Positions 41,259 to 50,982 of a stretch of DNA of 64,000 nt are shown one piece after another (positions within the stretch are counted from its first letter, which is position 1; the number at the start of each line of letters is the position of its first letter). Source of the DNA: a virus. The position numbers and the translations under genes were made by a program. Location: IMG/VR virus record IMGVR_UViG_3300044974_000700, positions 1 through 64,000 of that record; one strand, written 5' to 3'. The notes under the pieces were generated by a model. It did no database searches and was not told where the DNA came from. It was given only the letters and a program-made list of their open reading frames with translations.

Positions 41259-41551
41259 TCTTTGACTTCTTCCATCATTATATGTTTTGGTTTTGCCCCG
41301 ACAATTCTTTTAACGGGATTACCGTCTTTAAAAAGTATAGTAGTTGGAATACTTGTTACTTCATATTCCACAGGTTTTACTATTTCATTGTCAACATTTA
41401 TTTTGCCTAACCATATACCAGTTTCTTGTGAAACTTCTTCTATGATTGGACTAAACATTTTACATGGCCTACACCACTCCGCCCAAAAGTCTATCATTAT
41501 GAGCTTATGAGCTTTGACAACTTCTTCAAAATTATCATCAGTTACTATCAT
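41249..41551 (-). CDS. trxA: Thioredoxin
   Basis: DFWAEWCRPC, SIPT. Confidence 0.9.
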   Translation of the reverse strand: MIVTDDNFEEVVKAHKLIMIDFWAEWCRPCKMFSPIIEEVSQETGIWLGKINVDNEIVKPVEYEVTSIPTTILFKDGNPVKRIVGAKPKHIMMEEVKEWI

Positions 41552-42021
41552 ACAGACTCCACGTGGGTTGGCCAGTAATAATTGCAAGAACCGCAGCAAG
41601 TATACCCTAGCTGCTTATAGTCTGCAAACTCTGAATAAAAATAATACCTATCAGGGTCTTTTTCATATAGCCGACCTTTATGTGAATAATGTAGGCTTTC
41701 ATTGCCTAGCCACCAGGGTGTGTCTGATTCTAATCCCATAAAATTATTTTGATATATTTCATCAAACTGTACGTGGGTAGTATTTTTATAACCACGCAAT
41801 AGTATCTCTTTTACTATAGATTCGTTATAAAGAAAAAGGAAGTCTTCGTGGCCTTTCCACATTTTAACTGCTGGATGATTACGCCAAGCACCAGTTTCTC
41901 CATATAATCCCGCCAGAGATTTAAGTATTTGTAAGTTTTCTACACTTTGCTTTATCAAACGCTTTCGATCAAGATGCTTAGCTGTTTTTGCAAAGTCACG
42001 ATGTGGTAAAAAAGTTTGCAT
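41548..42021 (-). CDS. Pyrimidine-dimer DNA glycosylase-like (MSMEG_6728 family)
   Basis: MQTFLP, LDRKRL.KQ.VE..QIL, NHPAVKMW.G, PWWLG, SH. Confidence 0.8.
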   Translation of the reverse strand: MQTFLPHRDFAKTAKHLDRKRLIKQSVENLQILKSLAGLYGETGAWRNHPAVKMWKGHEDFLFLYNESIVKEILLRGYKNTTHVQFDEIYQNNFMGLESDTPWWLGNESLHYSHKGRLYEKDPDRYYFYSEFADYKQLGYTCCGSCNYYWPTHVESV

Positions 42022-42073
42022 GTGTCTATTCTACTAAATAGCAGGGGGTTGGTCAACCCCCTGCTTTAATTAA

Positions 42074-43048
42074 CTAGTTAGTTATTGCTTTATCCGAATT
42101 CAAAAGAATGCCATTTATCTTTAAAATTGGGTTAGTTATTGGAGTTGATGTTTTCTTAATTAAATCAAGTAGTTGAGATTGAGTTAATCCTGTTTTATAA
42201 CTTGAAATTGCAAGCCACTTAGCTGCTGCAATTTGTGTAGAAATAGAAGTTCCAAATCCATTACCTTCAGATCCGCCAGGAAAGTTGATTCTTGAAGAAA
42301 TAGGAGCCCAAAAATCTATTAGATTCTTGTCGTAGTTACTTGTTGAAGAAACATAAAATCCTGATGATCCAAAATCTTCTGCACCGCCAACTGCAATTGA
42401 TGAAGGTATACATGCAGGCCAATCGATTCTACTGTAATCTCTTCCGTTTCCTGCTGGGAAAAATACAGCAATATTTGATTTAACAAGCCAATCAACCCAA
42501 TAATCTGTTTGTGTTACTGGACAATAGTTTGTTGAATTTAACAAATTATGATGTCCCTGTGACATTGAAACTGCTTTAATGTTGTATTTTGCTTGGTTGT
42601 CATAAATCCATTTTAAAGCATTTGGTACAGTATTTATAGTTGTGCTTTGTCTTGTTCCATTAGGATTGTGCCCAATAATTCGAATAAATAAAATATTCAT
42701 GTTTGGATTATTTCTTATTGCAGCAGAAACCATTTGAGTACCGTGACTAAAATCACGATTACTAAGTATTGTCATTGGCAAAACTGAAGCGCCTGGCCCC
42801 TCCATAAATAAAGAACTATTTGGACAAGAAGGCTTTTCTCCACGACGAATTTGAGATTGAGATAAGTCTAAAATGCAAACTTCTCCAATCAACTTTTCTT
42901 TAATTGATGGGATTGATGTATCTAGAGCTGTATCTAGTACCGCCAGCGTAGGCAGTGTTAATGTTTTATTTTTTAGACCTGCTGAATTTGCAGGTGATAT
43001 TGTGATTAGTAGTAGTGTGGCCACTATAGCCGTTATTAGTTTTTTCAT
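42074..43048 (-). CDS. Secreted S8 (subtilisin-like) serine peptidase
   Basis: Signal peptide; VLDT, SHGT, AGN, GTS. Confidence 0.8.
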   Translation of the reverse strand: MKKLITAIVATLLLITISPANSAGLKNKTLTLPTLAVLDTALDTSIPSIKEKLIGEVCILDLSQSQIRRGEKPSCPNSSLFMEGPGASVLPMTILSNRDFSHGTQMVSAAIRNNPNMNILFIRIIGHNPNGTRQSTTINTVPNALKWIYDNQAKYNIKAVSMSQGHHNLLNSTNYCPVTQTDYWVDWLVKSNIAVFFPAGNGRDYSRIDWPACIPSSIAVGGAEDFGSSGFYVSSTSNYDKNLIDFWAPISSRINFPGGSEGNGFGTSISTQIAAAKWLAISSYKTGLTQSQLLDLIKKTSTPITNPILKINGILLNSDKAITN

Positions 43049-43250
43049 ATGTGTATTCTACTAAATTAGTACGGCAATGTCAATAGTTATTGTTGTGGTG
43101 GCAATCTTCTTGGGTACCATTTACCAGAATCCATGTTTTGCTGGGACTTGTTTTCCGATAAAATACCACTTAAAATTTCATGGATTAAATCTAATTCAAT
43201 TCTAAGCTTGTATAATTCTAATTCAAGCATATTAATTTTTTGCGACTTTC

Positions 43251-43475
43251 TCATTCCGATCCATCTCTATCTAAAGGCGTTGGAGCCGTTGCTAGTGTGC
43301 CACAATTGGCACACTCCATATCTAAAAAATAACTTGCAATTTCAAAGTTATAAAAAATTACTTTTAAGTTAAAAATGTCACATCCACAAGGACAAACATG
43401 AGTTGGTACACCACGAAGATCCATAGCCTTTGTATAATCAGGCCTTAAATCGTTTATATCACGTGGCTCTTCCAT
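43251..43475 (-). CDS. Zinc-binding hypothetical protein
   Basis: CPCG and CANCG. Confidence 0.6.
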   Translation of the reverse strand: MEEPRDINDLRPDYTKAMDLRGVPTHVCPCGCDIFNLKVIFYNFEIASYFLDMECANCGTLATAPTPLDRDGSE

Positions 43476-43489
43476 TAATTAATTATATC

Positions 43490-44056
43490 CTATACCTCTA
43501 TAATTGTAAAGGGGCCTCTTACACTCATTATAAACTTAGATGCCGCTTCTAGAGCCATTCTAACACGTTTGCGAGGAGTTTTAATTGTAGTTGTAGAGGC
43601 CAGAGATCCAAGCGCTACCTGCTGCCCACTTCCTTCTGCATAATAATCTGTATTTAATTCAGAAACATGGTAATCGACATCCATAGTAAATATTCTTCCA
43701 GTATTCTGTACTGCTATTATTATGATACCGCCTTCATCACCATCTTCTGTATTGTTTCCAAATCTTCCAAACCCATGTTCTTGATACACTTCTTTAATAG
43801 ACTCTACAAACTTAGTACGCATAAACTTATCTAAGTTTTTAAAGCCTGCAGTTGGCTTATATATTGGCGGAGTCCAGTTGTATTGTAGTATCTGACCCAT
43901 TCTAAAACTTTCTACAAACCCTATCCCAAACTGACCAACTTTAAAAACTTTTGGATCAGTTGTTTGAAGTATTAATCCACTTTTTTCTTCCGATGCTGCG
44001 GAGTCTCCTCCAAGCACTACTTTATTCCCAACAGATAGGGCAACTATACAGGTCAT
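43490..44056 (-). CDS. HslV/proteasome-beta-like Ntn peptidase
   Basis: MTCIVAL (Thr nucleophile), GGDS, KVF, GSG...ALG. Confidence 0.75.
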   Translation of the reverse strand: MTCIVALSVGNKVVLGGDSAASEEKSGLILQTTDPKVFKVGQFGIGFVESFRMGQILQYNWTPPIYKPTAGFKNLDKFMRTKFVESIKEVYQEHGFGRFGNNTEDGDEGGIIIIAVQNTGRIFTMDVDYHVSELNTDYYAEGSGQQVALGSLASTTTIKTPRKRVRMALEAASKFIMSVRGPFTIIEV

Positions 44057-44069
44057 ATAACCTATTGTA

Positions 44070-45119
44070 CTATTTATAAAATTCGGAGTCCATGTCCTCA
44101 TGCATTTCAATATGGCTGAGCTGGCTTAAAGCATTTTCTAATTCGGCTTTAAGCCCAATTAATTCCTGAATGGCATTATAATATTTGTCTTTCCATTCGG
44201 TTAATTCCTTTTCTAATTTATATAGGTCTATTTTTAGGTCTTTTATCTCTAATTTAAGATGGTCTTTTTCCCGTTCTTCCCGCCTAATTTTTTCTTTTTT
44301 AGAGTCCCTGAAGCCAGCTACTATGGCTGTACCCATACCGCTAAGAATTGCTGCCAAAAGAGACAGTACCAATGTCACATAATTGATTTCCATTATATAG
44401 ACAATTATACAGCAAAATTACATTTAAACTAATAGTTCTGATGCGGTTATTTCTTGACCAATATATCTTTTCTTTTGAATTACTTCTTTTACGAATTCAT
44501 GACCGCTTGATCTGCCAGCCAAAATTATAACCCAGCGTGGTTCGTATTTTGAGTCTATGCAGGTCTGACACATAAATAAATTAATTGGCATTAAGGTTGA
44601 TTGCTTAACAGATAATTTATTTTTTGTTTTATTGCATGAATAGCAAAGTATTTTTTCCATTATTCCTCTTCTATGAAGGTGAGATCTTCATTTTCAATAT
44701 CTTCATATTGAATTTTACCATCTTTAAAATATCTAACTTTTGACATAAATAAACCTATGGAGATGGCTTCTCCATAAAGATTTTCAGAATGTATTAACAC
44801 TCTAACCGATTCCTTTTGCACTTGGTACCCCTTCAAGTTCGCATCTTACTCCGTAGGACTCTATCATCTTTTTTACTCTTGTAACATAATCTATAACTTG
44901 TTCTTTTTTACTTCCAGTAAACTGTATAAAGTTATCTTCATATAATCTTAAAGCTAGGAATTCTGGATATTTAACAACATCCATTTCCAAAAGAAGCGGC
45001 TTGTTCATTTCCCTAAGCCTTTTTCTCATCTCTTCGTTGTAAAACACTGGCTTGTTAGGTTCACCAGTCCAAAGATTAACGCCATGCTTAAAATGGTTTT
45101 TATCGTTATTAGATACCAT
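44070..45119 (-). CDS. Hypothetical ORFs (44070-44393 TM + coiled coil, 44424-44660 Zn finger, 44802-45119)
   Basis: ORF track, co-oriented operon. Confidence 0.6.
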
Positions 45120-45420
45120 TTTTTTTGTTAATCTGCTTCCAAATTTCTTTTGTTTTATGAGTATTTCTCATTTTATCTACTCCGCCTGCATTTAAATAAA
45201 TACCGCCCCATACTCCGTATTCATTGTTTTCTATTCCAGACTGATAACACATATCTATTACTGGGCAAGACAAACAACACTGATCTATATTGGCTGCTAT
45301 TTTGGGATCAAGTTCGTACTTATCAAAAAATAAATTTGTATCCATTCCTTGACATGCTGCTAGATGCCACCAATTGAGATTGTCTTCGTCTGTGTTTAAA
45401 TCATTTAAAATATTTGACAT
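45109..45420 (-). CDS. whiB: WhiB-family transcription factor
   Basis: W...AAC, CLSCPV...C, GVWGG. Confidence 0.9.
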   Translation of the reverse strand: MSNILNDLNTDEDNLNWWHLAACQGMDTNLFFDKYELDPKIAANIDQCCLSCPVIDMCYQSGIENNEYGVWGGIYLNAGGVDKMRNTHKTKEIWKQINKKNGI

Positions 45421-45634
45421 ATTTTGGCGGAAGTATCCAAGTTCCTTTAAAGCTAATGGGAATTTTGTTTGCTATTCCCCAGCTATTATTTCTAAATACA
45501 CCATTTGTATTTGAATACCCGCCTATATTTTTTTTCCATATAATAAATGTATAGTTGTCCCAATAGGTTTCTATATCTTTATTAGATATTTTTTTTCTGA
45601 GTATTTCTACTCCATGTTCATTTAAGTGTAACAT
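45401..45634 (-). CDS. Hypothetical protein
   Basis: Coupled to whiB. Confidence 0.55.
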   Translation of the reverse strand: MLHLNEHGVEILRKKISNKDIETYWDNYTFIIWKKNIGGYSNTNGVFRNNSWGIANKIPISFKGTWILPPKYVKYFK

Positions 45635-45693
45635 TAGTCCAATTTGTACTTTTTGAACCTATATAATATTATACAGGAAATTGACAGGTGTTG

Positions 45694-46323
45694 TCAACCA
45701 TTTGGAGGAAGAATCATTTGCCAGTGGTGGGTTATAAGCATTTTTCTGCCTTTTGTAACTTCCATAGATTGGTGAGTATATGGCAATGCAGAAGGGTACA
45801 TTATTATACTTCCAGCCTCTGGCTTTATTTTAATATCTAGGTCATTAAAATAAAGTTCTCCACCCTCATAATCATCATTTAAATAAACTACAATCGTATA
45901 TGCTAGGTAGTAATTGTCTTCGTTAAAATCTACATGTGCTCCCATAAATGCTTTTTCGTCATATTTATTTATGCCCATAGTTGTTCTTGGATCAGTCAAT
46001 AATGATACAGCATAATATAAAGCTTTTCTGTCTATATTAAATATGTCTGCATATTTAATCATACATTCAGACATTTTATTAGTTAAATTATTTATTGCAT
46101 ATGAAGTTTTAGCTCTATCTTCATCAGAATTTATATAAACAATTTTATCTCTTTTAACATGTTTTATTTCGCCATATCTAGAGCTGCTGCCATGTCCATT
46201 CCAAGGCTCCCAATCACTCATTGCATCATTAGATATAGATTCTATAATATCAATTATTTCTTGATAATTATTTATAGCACCCTTAAAATAAATTATTTTT
46301 TCTTCTGGTTGTTCAAAATACAA
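45694..46323 (-). CDS. 2OG-Fe(II) oxygenase
   Basis: MGAHVD, YLNDDYEGGE, PEAGS, H...V.KG.K. Confidence 0.85.
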   Translation of the reverse strand: MYFEQPEEKIIYFKGAINNYQEIIDIIESISNDAMSDWEPWNGHGSSSRYGEIKHVKRDKIVYINSDEDRAKTSYAINNLTNKMSECMIKYADIFNIDRKALYYAVSLLTDPRTTMGINKYDEKAFMGAHVDFNEDNYYLAYTIVVYLNDDYEGGELYFNDLDIKIKPEAGSIIMYPSALPYTHQSMEVTKGRKMLITHHWQMILPPNG

Positions 46324-46466
46324 TTATTTTTCCTTAACATTAATTATCTTGACTAATTTTATTTCTTCGTCAATACCAAATATATCTGATATATATTCTC
46401 TTGCATCCTCTTCATTAAATGCTTCAACTTCTGCACTTATTTCTAACTTGATGCTGTACTTATTCA

Positions 46467-47009
46467 TTATGCTTTAAATTTGGGACGACCAAATCCTACT
46501 ATAGAAATCATTACGCCTTTTTTATTCTTTTTAAAGGCACGAAGTTGCTTACATGCTTCTCCGCCATTTCTCTGGCTACCCTTTTTATTTGAAGAAGTAT
46601 TTCCCTCAATACACCATACAGTTCCGTCTTCATTGTCTTCAATAACAATCCCTACGTGAGAAATTCTATCAACGCCATCTGATGGGAAATCAAAATAAGC
46701 TATATCTCCTGGCTCTGGGTCTGCCAAATCTCCATCAATCCATGCGCCCTTCTTTTTAAATGCCGCAGCTCCTGCTGGAGTATAAACTGTATTTGGAACT
46801 TTTACTCCTGCTTCATTAGCGCACCACATTACAAAAGATCCACACCATGGCTGGAAATTAGATTTTGTAAAAGCACCATACTTTGTTTCATTATCTTTTG
46901 GACCTTCAATATAACCAACTTGAGATTTTGCTACCTGAATTAAACGTTTTGCGCTTCCTACAGGAGCCTTATCTGTTACTGGTGGAACTGAAAATTCGTT
47001 ATTAGACAT
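46467..47009 (-). CDS. CHAP-domain peptidoglycan hydrolase (endolysin candidate)
   Basis: PWCGSFV.W, PGD, HVGIV, IEGNT. Confidence 0.85.
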   Translation of the reverse strand: MSNNEFSVPPVTDKAPVGSAKRLIQVAKSQVGYIEGPKDNETKYGAFTKSNFQPWCGSFVMWCANEAGVKVPNTVYTPAGAAAFKKKGAWIDGDLADPEPGDIAYFDFPSDGVDRISHVGIVIEDNEDGTVWCIEGNTSSNKKGSQRNGGEACKQLRAFKKNKKGVMISIVGFGRPKFKA

Positions 47010-47011
47010 TG

Positions 47012-47272
47012 TTATCTCCCAAATACTCTAAATATTTTTTTGACTTTAGGAACACAATTAGGAACTTTTTTTCCACCTTTATTCTTCCAGCCAATTTGCT
47101 CATAGCCATCCCAACATGGGTTGGCTTTGTTAACTTCACTTGCGTATAAAGCTCTAAGTTGTGCTTTCGCTTTAGTTTCACTATCGTGGCATCCAACTAA
47201 CTCATTAGTGCCTTCTTTTACTACTGCATATCCTCTGCAGCCAGAAGCTCCCTGTTTAATTTGCCAAGGCAT
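47012..47272 (-). CDS. Hypothetical phage protein
   Basis: MPW..., GCH...KA.AQ..AL, PCWDGY...G.K...VPNCVP. Confidence 0.6.
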   Translation of the reverse strand: MPWQIKQGASGCRGYAVVKEGTNELVGCHDSETKAKAQLRALYASEVNKANPCWDGYEQIGWKNKGGKKVPNCVPKVKKIFRVFGR

Positions 47273-48144
47273 TAGTCTTTATCCCAATCTTCATCTACTG
47301 AATGTTCTGCTGGCACTTGTCCATCTGGCTTAGCTGCAAGACGAGCTCTTACTGCATCTAGTTCAGCATCAAGTTTATCTTCTGCCATTTTAATTTCAGA
47401 TTCAAGTTTTTTATCTGCCTGTGTATTTTTAGCATCTATCTCTTTGTTGTCCATCTGTGCCTTCATAATATCTTTAGCACCTGATTGTCCAATTAACAAA
47501 CCAGCAAGGGTTCCTGTAATAAATGTAGCTACGCTACCAAGAACGTTAAAAAACATTTTGTCATTTTCAGATTGTGCACCAATTGGCTGGGACACAAATA
47601 ATAATCCATAAAGGATTCCAACTGATGTGAGTAATAAAATTGTTCCAAGGGTTAGACCAAGAATAAATTTTAATCTTGCATCTAAGTCTGCTGGAGTTAG
47701 TCTTTCTCTTTTAGCCATTCTTTACCTTATTCTTTTCATATTCAGCCCAAATTTCTTCGCCAACTATGTCTTTTGAACATGTTCCTGTAGCGTCACAGAC
47801 TGGAGGATTGCACTCTGCATTTCCCCAATTTTCTGGATCTTGACAAGGATAACGGTAACTACCTTGATACCCACAAGAGGTAATAGTTACTGCCAGCATA
47901 ACGCTTGCCAATGAGGCTTTTAATTTTCTCATGCCTCAATTATAGCATTTTACTCTTCTTTTCTTAAAGGGATAGTGGCAAGCCAAATAACTGTAGCAAT
48001 TAATGTTGCAATTCCTACCACCTGTTGGGCCGTGCCAGTAAGGGTTAGCCAGGCAATAAAAAAGCCAAGAAGGGTGAATATTTGAGCTATGCTCTCTTTA
48101 ATAACTTCCCAGGCATAATTAAATATAGCTTTTATTATTTTCAT
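47272..48144 (-). CDS. Membrane module: 2-TM protein 47272-47718, lipoprotein 47711-47932, 2-TM protein 47950-48144
   Basis: Hydrophobic helices; lipobox-like ITSC; next to lysin. Confidence 0.6.
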
Positions 48145-50222
48145 TATATCCTCCTAATCATGGCTGCTGCCACGATATTACTTGCAATAATTACTGGCAC
48201 AATTACTTCTTGTGCCTTTTCTCTTTGGTCATCTGTCATATCTTTACCCCACTCTGAAGGGCTTAGAACTTTACTTAAATCTATATCTAATACTGCCCCT
48301 ATTGGATCCTCTAAAAATGCTTCTGTTTGAACCTCAGTTGTAGCATCAGCTAAAGTATAGGGCATTGTTGCATTTTCTGCTGCCGCCTCTCTATCTTTAA
48401 ATTCTACAAATGCTGTTGCTAATTCTGGATTAGATTTCATAGCCTCAGCAATTACCGCAACTTCTGATGCTTTAATTCCTAAACCTTGTGCTACTTCTAC
48501 TTTTGCTTCTTGAGTTAACGCAACAAGAGTTTGGCTGACTGCAGCAATTTGTTCTGTAGACAATACAACTAGTTTATTATCTTTGCTTGTTAAATTAGCT
48601 ATAACCCCAGAGAGATCTTCTGCAGTACCTGTCCCTTTTTCTGGAATTAATTCTTTTAATTCTTCATCAATTATGATATTATTATCTTGTGATTCTTCAA
48701 AAGGTTCAGTCGGAGTTGGCTTTGGTTCAGGAGTTGGCTCTGGATCTATATCCGTTGGCTGAGGTGAAGGCTCTAATGAGGGCTCAGGAGTGGGCTCAGG
48801 GTCAACAGTTGGTTCTGGCTTCGGTTCATCTGTGGTTTCAGGCGTTGGCTCAGGAGTGGGACCAACTGGTTCTGTTTGCTCAGGAGATGGCTCAGGACTA
48901 GGACTAGGTTCTGGTGATGGCTCTGGTTCTGGACTAGGTTCTGGTGATGGCTCTGGTTCTGGACTTGCAGCAGGTGTTGGTTGATTTGCTGCAGCGGCAG
49001 CAGCTTGTGCTAAGGCAATAGCAATTTCCCTAGCCATTTGCTCTTCATAATATAACCATGCATTATCTATTGCATCATTTAAATCAATAATTGATTGATC
49101 ATAGGCTTCAATATAATTATTTTTATCAATTAAAGCATTTGCTGTATTTGTTACAGCAGTATCATATGCAGTAATCTTATTTGTTAATGTTTGATTATAT
49201 GTAGTTAATGTAGAGTTTTCTGTATTGTATATGGAAAGCTTGTTATTATACTCTGTTTGTGCCGCCGATTGTGCGGTTACTGCTGCATTGTATGCATCAA
49301 TTTGTGACTGTGTTGCACCTACACCATAAGAAAATGTATTTAAATTACAACTAAATCCTACACCCCAGCCTCCAGTATAGTCACATCCTGCTCCAGTCCA
49401 CCCACCAGGGATTGCCCATCCAAGATGAAAGTAGCCTGGTCCTCCGCCGTTATACCACCAAATTTCTACATCTAATGTTTTGTCTTGGCTTACGTTATAA
49501 ACTGGAGAATATTCACTCCATGATGATCCTTTTTCTACCCATTCATCAATTGCAAGTTGTCCGTCTATATACATTCTAAATCCATCATCTGTATACCCAG
49601 CAAAGTAGGTGGTGGTCCAATGAGAAGGGACCGTAATCTTTCCAGTAAATTTAACTATAAAGTCTTCATATCTACCGCATACTGGTGGCTGCATTGAATT
49701 TGAATTCCAGACTCCAGTACATAGAACACCGCTTGGAATTGCAACTCCGCCAAACCCTCTTGTAAGATAATATACTGTATATTGTAACCCAGAATTACCA
49801 GCATTTTGAACTGTTAATTGAGTTGTTTGAACATTAAGATTTGCTATATCTAACGCATCTTGTGCGTCATTTTTATTTTCTAGTGCCGTAGCAACTGTAA
49901 CAGTATGTCCATCTACCGCTGATTGAGCTAAATTCTTTTCTTCTAATGCTGTTGCCTCTGCTGCTACCGCCACATCATATGCATCATAGGCATCATCTCT
50001 AGCCTCTTTTGCAGCTACTGCATCATCATATTTGTCTTCTGCAATATCTATTAATGATATAAATTCGTCCTTATAATTTAAATCAGATACGCTTTCGTTT
50101 AATTTTTGTATTTCTTGGGCGGCTAAACTTAATGGGTCATCACTATAAGCAGGTGTTAAGAACAGCCAACCAAAGCCTAAAATGGCGGCTAATGATAATC
50201 TCCATAATTTAGTCCTAGTCAA
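48144..50222 (-). CDS. Secreted PA14-domain protein with Pro-rich linker and C-terminal anchor
   Basis: Signal peptide; [18 protein letters not shown]; (SPEP)n linker; hydrophobic tail + RR. Confidence 0.75.
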   Translation of the reverse strand: MTRTKLWRLSLAAILGFGWLFLTPAYSDDPLSLAAQEIQKLNESVSDLNYKDEFISLIDIAEDKYDDAVAAKEARDDAYDAYDVAVAAEATALEEKNLAQSAVDGHTVTVATALENKNDAQDALDIANLNVQTTQLTVQNAGNSGLQYTVYYLTRGFGGVAIPSGVLCTGVWNSNSMQPPVCGRYEDFIVKFTGKITVPSHWTTTYFAGYTDDGFRMYIDGQLAIDEWVEKGSSWSEYSPVYNVSQDKTLDVEIWWYNGGGPGYFHLGWAIPGGWTGAGCDYTGGWGVGFSCNLNTFSYGVGATQSQIDAYNAAVTAQSAAQTEYNNKLSIYNTENSTLTTYNQTLTNKITAYDTAVTNTANALIDKNNYIEAYDQSIIDLNDAIDNAWLYYEEQMAREIAIALAQAAAAAANQPTPAASPEPEPSPEPSPEPEPSPEPSPSPEPSPEQTEPVGPTPEPTPETTDEPKPEPTVDPEPTPEPSLEPSPQPTDIDPEPTPEPKPTPTEPFEESQDNNIIIDEELKELIPEKGTGTAEDLSGVIANLTSKDNKLVVLSTEQIAAVSQTLVALTQEAKVEVAQGLGIKASEVAVIAEAMKSNPELATAFVEFKDREAAAENATMPYTLADATTEVQTEAFLEDPIGAVLDIDLSKVLSPSEWGKDMTDDQREKAQEVIVPVIIASNIVAAAMIRRI

Positions 50223-50273
50223 CTAGATAACTCCTTGTTATAACTTTTATAACAAGTTAATTATACCATTGAG

Positions 50274-50456
50274 CTATTTACGATTATCTGTACTGTAGAA
50301 TCCTGAACCTTTTAGATTGATACCAAATGTTCCAAAAACTTTATTCATTCTGCTACCACACTTTTCACAAATCTCTAGCGAGTCAGCTTGATCAAATGTT
50401 TTTGTTACTTCTATATTGAAATCACATTCAATACATGCGTATTCATATCTTGGCAT
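50274..50456 (-). CDS. FmdB-family zinc ribbon protein
   Basis: MPRYEYACIEC...CEKCG...KGSGFYSTD. Confidence 0.85.
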   Translation of the reverse strand: MPRYEYACIECDFNIEVTKTFDQADSLEICEKCGSRMNKVFGTFGINLKGSGFYSTDNRK

Positions 50457-50474
50457 TTCTTCTCCTAATTTTAA

Positions 50475-50504
50475 TGAGCAGTTTACAAGGTCATGCTCAG
50501 GACC
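50475..50504 (-). ncRNA. H-type pseudoknot RNA element, copy 2
   Basis: GGTC-CTGAGCAT-GACC..AAACTGCTCA, 7 nt before the AGGAG RBS. Confidence 0.55.
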
Positions 50505-50518
50505 ATAAATCAAATTAT

Positions 50519-50935
50519 TTATTTGATCTTGATGGTTTTTGGCTTCTTCTCTTCGGGAATGTTGCGTTCCACAAAGATGTCAAGAATACCGTCTGCCATT
50601 TCAGCACGATCCACCTCCATATACTCTCCAAGAGCAAAGGTGCGTGTGAACTTTCTGGTTGCGATACCCTTATGAAGAATCTGATTTTCTGACTCTTCGG
50701 TTTTCTCACCCTTAACAATTAAACTTCCATTGTCTACAGAAACACTTACTTCGTCCTTGCTGAAACCAGCAATGGCAAGTGATAACTGATAGGTATCCTC
50801 GTCAATCTTTACCAAATTATATGGCGGATAAGATTGATGATTAGCCTCACGATAGACATTAGAAAGACGGGTTAGATTATCAAACCCGATAAAAAAAGGA
50901 TCTCTAAAAAGATCCATGGCAAATTGAGTTACCAT
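50519..50935 (-). CDS. Small heat shock protein (Hsp20/IbpA family)
   Basis: YPPYN, LAIAGF, HKGIA.R.F.R.F.L, DGIL, PEEKKP. Confidence 0.92.
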   Translation of the reverse strand: MVTQFAMDLFRDPFFIGFDNLTRLSNVYREANHQSYPPYNLVKIDEDTYQLSLAIAGFSKDEVSVSVDNGSLIVKGEKTEESENQILHKGIATRKFTRTFALGEYMEVDRAEMADGILDIFVERNIPEEKKPKTIKIK

Positions 50936-50982
50936 TATTCCTCCTTTAAGCGAATAAGTTATTAGAGCCCCATTTGGCGGCT

